Source: Thecamonas trahens ATCC 50062 (Eukaryota; Protista; Apusomonadida). From it: a DNA stretch of 64,000 nucleotides. Positions 18,107 to 28,293 of this stretch are shown piece after piece (position 1 is the stretch's first letter; every line of letters starts with the position of its first letter). The position numbers were made by a program, and so were the translations under genes. A model generated the notes under the pieces. The model ran no database searches, was not told the origin of the DNA, and worked only from the letters and a program-made list of their open reading frames with translations. Where the stretch lies: positions 122,434 to 186,433 of the forward strand of contig NW_013657630.1 in assembly GCF_000142905.1 (NCBI RefSeq), in the 5' to 3' direction.

Positions 18107-18586
18107 NNNNNNNNNNNNNNNNNNNNNNNNNNNNNNNNNNNNNNNNNNNNNNNNNNNNNNNNNNNNNNNNNNNNNNNNNNNNNNNNNNNNNNNNNNNNNN
18201 NNNNNNNNNNNNNNNNNNNNNNNNNNNNNNNNNNNNNNNNNNNNNNNNNNNNNNNNNNNNNNNNNNNNNNNNNNNNNNNNNNNNNNNNNNNNNNNNNNNN
18301 NNNNNNNNNNNNNNNNNNNNNNNNNNNNNNNNNNNNNNNNNNNNNNNNNNNNNNNNNNNNNNNNNNNNNNNNNNNNNNNNNNNNNNNNNNNNNNNNNNNN
18401 NNNNNNNNNNNNNNNNNNNNNNNNNNNNNNNNNNNNNNNNNNNNNNNNNNNNNNNNNNNNNNNNNNNNNNNNNNNNNNNNNNNNNNNNNNNNNNNNNNNN
18501 NNNNNNNNNNNNNNNNNNNNNNNNNNNNNNNNNNNNNNNNNNNNNNNNNNNNNNNNNNNNNNNNNNNNNNNNNNNNNNNNNNNNNN
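18107..18586. other. Assembly gap (480 N)
   Basis: N run. Confidence 1.
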
Positions 18587-18878
18587 TCCCCCTCCCCCCC
18601 TGGCACAATCAGTGCACACGCCCTGCCGATCCCAGCCCCTCTCCACTTGATCACCACTTATACCACCCTCCCCACCCACCCATACCCTCTCCTGATTCTA
18701 CTTCCCTGCCCATCCCCACTCCCTCCCGCTTCCCCCTTCCCTCTCTCTCGCATATGATCAGTACCCCCCGCCCCCCCAAACCACCGGCCACCAACCGGTT
18801 CCCCCCCACCAACCACCAACCACCAACCGCCACACCACACCACACCACACCCCACTCACACACACGGCCCGCCGCAGC

Positions 18879-21646
18879 ATGCCTCTGGACGCAAAGCTGT
18901 CCGAAGACTTTATCCGCTGGGTTCAACTGCGGTTGGCTTCGGTGGCCAATGCCTCAATTGCAACTGGTGGTGCTGGTGCTGGTGCTGGTGCTGGTGCTGG
19001 TGCTGGTGCTGGTGCTGGTGGTGGTGGTGGCCGTGTCTCTCCTGATGATGGTGGCTCTTCGAATGGTGCGGTGACGGAACAAGGACATGCTCTGGCTGTT
19101 ATTCTCATTCATGCTCTTGGTATCTTTGGTCCCACACTCTCTGTTGGTCTTCGTGCTCTGCACTCGCGATTGGCTCCGCCTGAGCAACAGCAGCTGGTAT
19201 CTCTCTTGACTGACATCACTGCCTTGCCTGCCACTGATCTGCTGTCAAGGGCTGCTACTGCTTCCGCTCACTCGGCTAGCTACACCGCTGTCCTGCATGG
19301 CCTGGCAGATGCTGCTTCCGTGGGAATGGATGTCGAGGTGGAGCTCTCCTCGCGTCCTAGTGGAGGCGGCTCGCCAGCATCAACGCCCGTCCCGCTGGTC
19401 TCAGTCTCGGGCATCTCGGACATCGACGCTGACAGCTCCATGGGCATGTCCCGGATGCTTTCCACCGTCTCACGGGGCTCGGTTCGCTCCGCTACCTCGT
19501 CCGTCCGTCGGACCCACGGTCGGAGCCGCAAGTCCGCCCGCAGCAAGACCCCGGCGAGCACGGGCCGCTGGCCGTCGACGAGTGGGCCGACCCGGCCCTG
19601 CGCGAGCGGCTGCTGTCGGCCTCCATCGAAGCTTTGCTGGAGCACTCTGATGCCCAACACGCAGTCGAGGCTGTCATGGCGCATCGCGAGGTGGGTGAGG
19701 ACACCAAGTCGCGGGTCCTCGGCAAGCACTGGGCACTCTCGTCGTCATCGGACGTCGAGACCGGGCTCGCCCTCTCAGCCCGGGTCCGCGAGCTCGCCTA
19801 CCTCGTGGCGCTGGTCGACCGGGCGTCGACGCGGCAGTCGCGGTCGCCGCGCAAGGGGAGCGCCAAGCCGCTCGACCGGCGGTTTGCACGGCGGCGGTCG
19901 AGCGTCGCCCCCTCGGCACCATCGGCCACGGTCGTCGAGCATGTCGGTGGCGAGGTGCGGGCGCAGGTGTGGAAGACGCTGGCGTCGCTGCAAGAGATTC
20001 CGACGACCGAGCGACTCCGCGAGACCAACATGGTGGTCAACGCTGTCGAGGGCCTGCTCACCGCACCCCTGGTGGCTCGCAAGAAGGAGCGCGCCCGCTC
20101 GCCGGACGCTCGCAAGCGTGAGCGCCGTGAGCGTGCCCGCGCTCTCATGCGCGACCCTACCGGCGCTGGATCCTCGGTCCTCTCCTCGCTCCGCCGCGGA
20201 AGCGTGACCGGCGCCACCGGCTCGCGCCGCGGCTCGGTCCACTACTCGTCGGCCACCGTCGACGACGACACCTTTGAGGACGCGCTGCGGATCCAGGTCT
20301 CGCTCGAGCTCACCCGCATGCGGCTGGGCCTGTTGGAGCCGGTCGTCTTTGACCTGATGTTCTTCCTCTCCAAGCTCGACCTCTCATACAACTCCATCTC
20401 GCACCTCCCGCCCACCATCGCCCGCATCGCCAACCTCCGCGAGTTCAACATCTCACACAACACGCTTGCTGACCTCCCTCGTGAGCTCGGCCTGTGCAAG
20501 CAGCTTGAAGTCCTCGACCTCTCAGGCAACGTCATCGAGGAGCTGCCGGCGTCGCTAGGCAAGCTGCCGCTGCTGCGGACGCTCCGCGCCTGTGGCAACA
20601 AGCTCACCACGCTCCCGGCCTCGTTTGTACGCCTCGACCTCCAAGAGCTCGACCTCTCGCACTGCTGCTTTGCCGAGCTGCCTGCCGAACTGGCGGTCCT
20701 CACCTCGCTCAAGAGTCTCATGCTGTATGGCAACCCGCTGGTCTCGCTCCAGGCTATTACCCTCATCGACTCGGGTGACCGCTTTGGCGTGCTCGAGTAC
20801 GTGCTGGCGCGCGCGACCCAGCGCGCACTGTATCTGGTCGGTGCCGCCGTCTCGCCCATCCACCCGGACCCGCAGTTTGTCAAGACCGGCAAGGTGAGCC
20901 GTCTCTTGTCGGCCCAGAGTCTCCTCGAAGTGCCGTCGGTCTCGACGGCGGCCTCGTCAAGCGACGGCTCGTCTTGCTCAGACTCCCACTCGAGCTCCTC
21001 GGCGAGCTCGACCGGCGCCTCCAACTTTGCTGCTCTCCACCTCGCCTCGCTCGGCCATCACATCCCGAAGTCGCCGTCACTCACCCGCGAGCACTCGGCG
21101 CTCATTGTCGAGGCCGACGCTTTGGCCAAAGAGGCCGACACCCACCTTGCCGCCCTTCTTGACAAGCTCGACACTTCGCTCACCTCCGCTGCCGTCCTCA
21201 ACTCGTTTGATGACGAGCTGAGCGCCCTCGAGGCCTACTTTCCCGACTACGTGGCCCACGTCCGCGCCAACGGCTTTGCCGAGCTGCACGAGCGGTGCGA
21301 GGAGGTCAATGAGCTCCGTGCTGATCTCCATGACCTGTACGACCACATCTGCCTCGAGCGCGAGCACATTATCACTCTCCGCGACGAGCACACCACCATC
21401 TCCCATGTCCGCGCCGATCTCGAGCGCGAACTCAGCGCTGCCGTCGAGTGCGAAGCCTGGCTCCTGGACCGCATCTCTCACGCCCGTCGCGAGCAGGACC
21501 GCATGCTCATCCAGATCGAAAAGCTCCAGTCGCGCATCGATGGTCGTGACTACACCCGCATGCGTGACACTGCCGACGCACAGAAGCGTGCGGCTAGGTC
21601 CGATGCCCATGGCCCGGCCGTCCCGCTCATGTGGTGGCAGCACTGA
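18879..21646 (+). CDS. LRR + coiled-coil protein, one gene with an apparent frameshift at 19549-19552 (CCCC)
   Basis: ORFs 18879.. and ..21646 join as SKTP-GEHGPLAVDEWADPAL if one C is added. About 6 LRRs at roughly 20360-20750 (LSKLDLSYNSISHLP, LEVLDLSGNVIEELP) and a C-terminal coiled coil. Confidence 0.8.
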
Positions 21647-21914
21647 GAGCAATGAAACACACTCCAAGTCCTTGCACGCAACATCATCAGAGGGGTGGGA
21701 TGGCTTTACTCAGCGACAGCAGGGCGTGGGGTGGGCACGCATGGTCCATGGCCCGAGACGCATCCAGCGCGATGCGCCGCAGGTGGAGCGGGCGGGAGGA
21801 AAGAGGCATGCACTTGCAGAGTCCGCAACGAGCAAGACGATGCGGGGAGAGAGGGGGGGATGGGGGGGAGAGAAGGTCGATTGAGCACAGAGGACAGATG
21901 CTGCAGGCTGGCGA

Positions 21915-22644
21915 CTACTGGGCCGACTCTGCGCCGACGACAATGGTGGAGAGCGGATCGACGAGGTAGTCGACCATGACATCGCCCTTTGCCTTGAGAA
22001 CGCCAACATCGACGTCGTTCTTGCAATAGAGGCAGAGAAGAAGATCGGGATTGATGCGAGCAGTAAGGACGTAACCCTCCAGACACTGAGTGATGAGCAT
22101 ACCCAACGCATCCTGCCTCGGCCCATTGTTCTCGTACGCCTCCCAGATGTTGGCCGCAATGGCCGCCACCAGCTTGGACTCCCTCGGGCTCCCTGCCGAT
22201 GCCAACAACGACCCATCATTCGTAAACACCCTACACTCATTCCTCCACACACATGAGTATCCCCCTCCCTAGCCATAACCTCCCCCTTCTCCCCTGTCAC
22301 CATACCCCCTCCCCCCCCCCCCTCTCCTCCCCGTGTCGCCATGTCGCCATGTCGCCATGTCGCCATGTCGCCATGTCGCCGTCTTGCCCCATCTCGTGAC
22401 ACGACCCCCTCCCCCTTCCCCCTTCNNNNNNNNNNNNNNNNNNNNNNNNNNNNNNNNNNNNNNNNNNNNNNNNNNNNNNNNNNNNNNNNNNNNNNNNNNN
22501 NNNNNNNNNNNNNNNNNNNNNNNNNNNNNNNCCCCCCCCCACACACACATACATGGATGCCACAATGCCGGTAAACTCGGAGACCTGCGAACGGGCCTGG
22601 GCAAGAACCTTGGACAGAGTGGACGCCTTCAGCATGTTGGACAT
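21915..22644 (-). CDS. LAMTOR2: Ragulator subunit LAMTOR2 (Roadblock/LC7), 2 exons (22644 or 22635..22553, 22230..21915)
   Basis: MLKASTLSKVLAQA / NDGSLLASAG...VAAIAANIWEAYE...CLEGYV...LLLCLYCK...GVLKAK...YLVDPL. Phase-2 GTATGT...TAG intron at 22231..22552. Confidence 0.93.
22334..22380. repeat. (ATGTCGCC)n octamer tandem repeat in the LAMTOR2 intron
   Basis: About 6 consecutive copies visible. Confidence 0.9.
22426..22531. other. Assembly gap (106 N) in the LAMTOR2 intron
   Basis: N run. Confidence 1.
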
Positions 22645-22749
22645 GGTGCTAGAGGTGGTACGTCGAGTGGTGACGGTGGCGGTGGTGGTCACACTGCTCC
22701 AGCTGGTGGTTGGTTGTCTTGTCAGCCTTGGCCGAGGCGATTGCGATCA

Positions 22750-23170
22750 TCACACACACACACACATGCACACGCACACACATACACACACACATCACAC
22801 ACACACACACACACACATACACACATACATACACATCACACATCACACACATCATTCCTTCCATCGCTCTAATATCCCACCAACTTTATCTTCATCTGGT
22901 GATGTCGAAGAGAGCCAGGACAGCAGACCAAGCCGGCAATCAGGCTCATCAAGCCCCAACCAAGACAACCTCGATTCCTACCACCACCACCACCTTCATC
23001 ATCACCACCATCATCATCATCACCACCATCATCATCATCACCACCACCTTCATCATCACCACCACCATCATCATCACCACCACAGTCGTCATCACCACCA
23101 CCATCATCATCACCACCACAGTCATCATCACCACCATCATCATCACCACCACCATCATCATCATCACCAC
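22750..23170. repeat. (CA)n tract (22750-22850) and (CAT/CAC)n microsatellite (22980-23170)
   Basis: Direct inspection. These produce the spurious poly-His and poly-Ile/Thr ORF translations. Confidence 0.9.
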
Positions 23171-23381
23171 TCCTCGTCTCTTCCATCAACATCCATTCCC
23201 CTCCACTAATGCCATGCCCATGATAGCTGTAACTGTCATCGGCTTGATAGCCATCACCAAACCCCTCCTCCCACACAGTCGGCCAGTCGCTCGTCATTCC
23301 GCCACTCTGTTGTTGGCTGGGTTTGGGCGTTGGCAGTTGGCAGTCCCTCTGCTCCACTCTCTCCACTATCTCACACAGGTC

Positions 23382-25178
23382 ATGTTACGTATCATCGGAC
23401 AACATGGGAGGATACTCCTTGGAACAAAGACCCTGTCCATGGGAAGTGTGCTGCTCTGGAAGAGACTGGCTGCCGCTACTCGGTCGTCCACGCCGTCTCG
23501 CCTGTCGCCCTTGCCTACCTCCTCGCGGCCTCTCTCGAGCACCCATCAACGGCGGGATGGGGGACATGATGGAGATGGCCGACGGGATGGCCGACGAGAT
23601 GGCCGGCAGGAAGGGCAAGCAGATGGGCTTTCAAGAGCAAGTAGACAAGGTCGGCATGCCTATCCATGTCGTGCTGATCATGTCGCCGCTAGCGGCCAGA
23701 GCCATCAGGTTGCATCGGTTCAGACGGCGGTGAGTGGATCACCTGGACAACGGCAGACGGCGGCGATGGACGAAGTGGTGGCGCTGCTGGCAGACGATGC
23801 CGAGGGCGATCTGGTCACACCGCCCTTTGGATCAGAGGATGCGCCGTTCCGTATGGTGGCAGAGCGTGACGTCAAGCGGCTGTATCTCCTGGCTGACGGG
23901 AAGCTCGACAAGTTGCCAGTGGCTCAGTCCAAGCCAGCACCCAACGTCGATTTGGCCTCGAGCTTGGCAGACGACCACATGCGGTTGTATGCCTTGGCTG
24001 ATGTGGAGGCTCTGGCTCTCTCTGTCCATGGATCCGAGGAGGAGCTCGTCCGCAAGCGCAAGTCGCTGTGGGAGCTGGCTGCCAAGGCGAGTAAGACCGT
24101 GGGGCGGACGGCGCGGGCACGGCGCGTGAGCCAGAAAAGCGGGAGCAGCGGCAGCTCAGGTGGCGACGCCGGCTGGGTGCCTGGGACCAAGGCCGTGTAC
24201 ACCGCCATTGCCACCAACTCGATCATCTGCGTCTCCAAGGCTGTCGCCTTTGCCTTCTCCGGATCGGGCGCGCTCCTTGCCGAGACCCTACACTCGGCCG
24301 CAGACGTGGGCAACCAATCACTGCTTGCGGTGGGCATTGCCAAGTCGACTCGCGAGTCGGACGAGGTTCATCCATACGGCTACGGCTCGGAGCGCTACGT
24401 CTGGTCGCTCATCTCGGGCGTCGGCGTATTTTTCCTCGGCTGCGGCGCCTCCGTCTACCACGGCATTCACTCGCTTTTGCACCCGCAGCCGGTCGAGGCG
24501 CAAACAATGGCGTTGGCTGTCCTCGGTCTCTCGTTTGCTCTCGAGGCATACTCGTCGGCTGTCGCCGTCGCCGAGATCAGGAAGGAGGCCGCCAAGGTCA
24601 ACGTCTCGTTCCTCGAGTACGTGACCAACGGCTCGGACCCGATGAACACCGCGGTGCTGCTCGAGGACGGCGCAGCCCTGGTCGGCGTCGGCATTGCTGC
24701 CGGCGCCATCGGCCTCACCGCCGTCACCGGCAACCCCATGTACGATGCGCTCGGCTCGATCGCCATCGGCGGTCTGCTCGGCGGCGTCGCCACCTTTCTT
24801 ATTGCCAAGAACAGAGCCGCGTTGCTCGGCAAGTCGATCTCGCCCGACAAGCTTCGCACCGTCCGCCGCCTCCTCGAGTCGGACCCCATGGTGGCCTCGG
24901 TCCACGGCGTCCGCGCCGTCTCGCTCGGCGCCGACAACGCCCGCCTCGCTGCCGACATCAACTTTGACGCCGCCGCCCTCGCCCGCGCCGCCTGGCCAGA
25001 CTTGGACGCCTCGTACACTGAAATCACCTCGCTCCGCTCGATTGAGGAGGTCCACGCTTGGCAAAAAGCCGCCTCGCTCCTCCTCATCGAGCGCATCGGC
25101 GCCGAAGTTGACCGTCTGGAGCAGGTCGTCCACACCGCCGTCCCGGAGATCCGCTACATCACGCTCGAGGTATTGTAG
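23382..25178 (+). CDS. SLC30A9: Cation diffusion facilitator, SLC30A9/ZnT9-like mitochondrial zinc transporter
   Basis: SGSGALLAETLHSAADVGNQ, HPYGYGSERYVWSLISGVGVFFLGCG, DPMNTAVLLEDGAA. XPA-like domain (VKRLYLL...MRLYALADVEALALSVHGSEE) typical of ZnT9. Arg/Ser-rich presequence-like N-terminus; the start codon is uncertain. Confidence 0.9.
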   Translation: MLRIIGQHGRILLGTKTLSMGSVLLWKRLAAATRSSTPSRLSPLPTSSRPLSSTHQRRDGGHDGDGRRDGRRDGRQEGQADGLSRASRQGRHAYPCRADHVAASGQSHQVASVQTAVSGSPGQRQTAAMDEVVALLADDAEGDLVTPPFGSEDAPFRMVAERDVKRLYLLADGKLDKLPVAQSKPAPNVDLASSLADDHMRLYALADVEALALSVHGSEEELVRKRKSLWELAAKASKTVGRTARARRVSQKSGSSGSSGGDAGWVPGTKAVYTAIATNSIICVSKAVAFAFSGSGALLAETLHSAADVGNQSLLAVGIAKSTRESDEVHPYGYGSERYVWSLISGVGVFFLGCGASVYHGIHSLLHPQPVEAQTMALAVLGLSFALEAYSSAVAVAEIRKEAAKVNVSFLEYVTNGSDPMNTAVLLEDGAALVGVGIAAGAIGLTAVTGNPMYDALGSIAIGGLLGGVATFLIAKNRAALLGKSISPDKLRTVRRLLESDPMVASVHGVRAVSLGADNARLAADINFDAAALARAAWPDLDASYTEITSLRSIEEVHAWQKAASLLLIERIGAEVDRLEQVVHTAVPEIRYITLEVL

Positions 25179-25237
25179 TCGTGGCCAGCCGTCATCTTCA
25201 TTCGTTCCACCAGCCGAGGCTCTCTACCTTGCCGTAG

Positions 25238-27617
25238 CTAGCCGACAAGGAACTGGTTCCGCCGGAATGCGGAGAGGATAAACTTGTTGAGCGACTGCAC
25301 AAGAATGCGGCCGTACTTGTTCTTCTCAATCCGCGAGAGCAGCTCAACGGCGAGGGCGCGGACCTCCTCCGAGGCGTGGAAGAGGCCGGTGCCAAGCGGC
25401 GCAAGCCCGTCACGGTCCTCGGGGAAGAACTGCAGAAACTCGGTGATCTGGGCGTCCGACACCACCGAGCCGATAAACTCCTGGAAGACCCGCAGCATTT
25501 CGTCGTCGTCGAGTCGCTGGACCCGAAGCTTGGCCACCGAGAGCTCGACGTCTGCGCCCTGCAGCGCCGACTCGGCCGCAGCCTCGTTGGAGAGTGACAC
25601 GTAGTGCTTGAATGTCGCTGTCCGCTTGAGCTTGTCCGTTCGCTTGCGGTTACAGTCAAGCGTCCGCGACTTGAGCGAGGTGTTGGGAAACTCGACCCGC
25701 GCGCGCGCAAGGTCGATGTTGAACTGGGTGTACTCCTGGAAGAGGCCCAGGATCTTGGAAGCCCCGTAGTGGTTCTCGACCGCAAACATGACTTCAGCAA
25801 AGAGCTCCGTGTCCTGCGACGCATGGTTCGACGGGTTCTCCTTCCGCTCCAACTGCATCCGTTGCGAGAGTACAACCTTGCCCGTCTCCAGATCGCACAG
25901 CACGTCCCACCAGTCCTCGCGCTGCTGGAAAATGAGGTTCGTCGTGCCGGCGCAGAACGACGAGAGCTGCAGAAAGTCGAGGTTGACCAGATTGGTGTAC
26001 GGGAACGTCCGCTTGATGACCGCCGGCAGCGGTGGTGACACCATCGACATGGCGCCCAGCACCGCGTCGCACACCTCGCCCGCAGGGTGCCCGTACCCAA
26101 GGAAAATGACTCTCCGCTCCAGCAGCAGCGCATTGTAGATCGTCATGATCTCCTCGCCAAACTTGTGGATGAGCGGCACAATCGACTGCTCAGACACCTC
26201 GTCAGGCAGCATGATGAGCGGGACCTTGACAGGAATCTTGGCCGGTCCGTACTTGACATGCGACGAGTAGACGAGCGGCACTCCAAAGTCCGACGTCGAC
26301 GCCCGGAGCAACTTCTTCTCCGCCAGCGAGTACTGTGGGAGCGACCGAAGATCCATCGAGTTGATGGCGTTGAACAGGTCCTCGATCACGGCAACCTCGG
26401 GCGTCACAAAGTACTGCTCCAGCGCGAGGATGAGCAGCGGCTTGAACACATGCATGTACTGGTGCTTGGAGCAGATCGCCATCGCCTTCACCTTGGCCCC
26501 GCGAGTCCACTCGGCGTTCTTCTGCGTCCGCACAAGATTCATGCAATACAGGAATGGCGGCTTCGAGTCCTCCGCTCCCTCCACCTCATCGTCCACGTCT
26601 GGTGTGTCCTGCTCCACTACAGCCTTGTCCGTCGTCGCAAGCAGCTCGCAGTGCTCCAGAAAGATGAGGTCGTCCTCCGGCGACGCAAACCGGAACGCCA
26701 CTGCTGCCTCTGACGTCATTGCCACAGAAAACGTCGGCTCCAGCTGCCGGTATTCGATCGCTTCGTCGCACGAGAGCACAAGCAGCTCCTCGCGGTTCCG
26801 CTGGCACACAATAATCTCCGTCGGCAGGAGCACAAGCAGCTTCATGTCATCGTCCAGCTGCTGCCACTCATCCATCTCCGGATTGAACTGATACGTCCAT
26901 GCCTCGAGCACAACTTGCCGCTCCGCAGCCTCGTCAGCCCTGCTCTCGGACGCCGCCGCCGCGCTTGATCCCAGCACCTGCTCATTCTCGTCACGATTGA
27001 TGAAGAACACCGTCCAGTCCTCCTCCCGATTGTGCGCTCCGTCTGGCAGCATGAGCTCGGCCAGGCACCTACACACTCCCGCGGTTGCACACACGTAGCC
27101 CAACAAGAACACATAGCCACATCCCCGTCCCCATACACAAGCCCGCCAGGTACAGGCCCACCACACCCTCGACGCTGTGTAAGTGTCCCGAGCTCGGTCG
27201 TGGTGGCCAAAGGGCTCTCATTGAAAAAATGACCTTTTGCTGCGACAGGCGTAGCCAAGAGCCCGCCAGCCGGCCCCATTCTCATCACCTCTACTCCCCG
27301 CATACATATCCCCTCCTCTTTTTCTTCCCGCCATATACCCTCTTCTCATGCTCTACTTCATGCTCTGACAATCCCCATCATTGTAGGTGGCTTCTACCGC
27401 CGACCCGGGTGGTTCAGGCTCGCGGTTGCCCCCCCCCCCCCCTCGCCCCCCCCCTCCCCCATGGCTGCCCACGATCAACCCCACGGTTGATCACGACCAT
27501 GAAGACGACCACGTACTGCTCCTCGATACCGGTTGCGGTTGGGTATTGGACCGAGAGCAGCGAGCCCTCGTCAATGTCAAACTCGGCAAGGAGAAGGAAC
27601 TCCACATGGTCCTCCAT
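25238..27617 (-). CDS. Afi1/MesA-like DENN-related protein (Afi1 N-terminal + SPA domain), 2 exons (27617..27517, 27068..25238)
   Basis: VEFLLLAEFDIDEGSLLSVQYP / LAELMLPDGAHNREEDWTVFF; RGAKVKAMAICS; FKPLLILALE; NALLLERRVIFLG; KRTFPYTNL; AGTTNLIF; WDVLCDLETGKV. Phase-2 intron at 27069..27516. Confidence 0.85.
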
Positions 27618-28293
27618 ACTTGCCTGCTTCTGCGCTTCCAAAAAGGAGGAGCGGTGCAGGTCCGAGTCAAATGGCCGTACTCCCCCCCCCCCCTCCCCCG
27701 TCTCGTCAATTGCCACACTGGCTTGACTCGCGTTGCCGCAAACTGCACTCGGCCGTGTCGAAAGTGGTTCAGAATCCAATACAAGATGGCGTGCCACCAC
27801 ATGCGCGGCCACGCCGACCGACAAGCTCGTCCGTCACAAGACGTCCTCGCGCTCTCCCATCTGGCCGCTGTGTTCAACTCTGTGATGCTCGACAACCTCG
27901 GTACCGTCCGCGCCCGCCGATCCGGAGGAGCGGCGCCGTACAGCACCTCGCGCGCCTCGCCCATGCTCCCAGGCGTCTGTCGCCGCTACGGCAACTCGGG
28001 CATCCTTCAGGCGGGCGTCTAGGCCGCCATCGCGTGCGGGCGCGCCTCCCACCGGGAAGTCAAGCATCATCGAGTTGTTCACTTTGAAACGCGCGTCAAT
28101 GCGTCCAAACAACCGTACCGTTAAGGGTTATCAAAAAATCATGCCTGACCCTCACCTCAAGTCGGCGGCGTTAGCCGGGAGCGACTGCGACTAAGACTAC
28201 CTCGTGGCCATGGCTCACGATCGCGACCGCAAGGGCACAATGCAAGGCATCTGGCCTTTCCTTCCTCCCACCCCCCTTTCCATTGGAAAACCT

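Noticed and set aside
17923-19074. ORFs running through the N-gap
   Set aside because: Artefacts of translating Ns.
22553-23366. Poly-His, poly-Asp/Gly and Ile/Thr ORFs, and the long N-terminal extension of ORF 22710..25178
   Set aside because: These are translations of (CA)n and (CAT/CAC)n microsatellites; the transporter more plausibly starts near 23382.
27700-28150. Short ORFs on both strands between the Afi1-like and Vps62-repeat genes
   Set aside because: The composition is partly coding-like, but no frame gives a recognisable protein or consistent splice sites, so no call can be supported.
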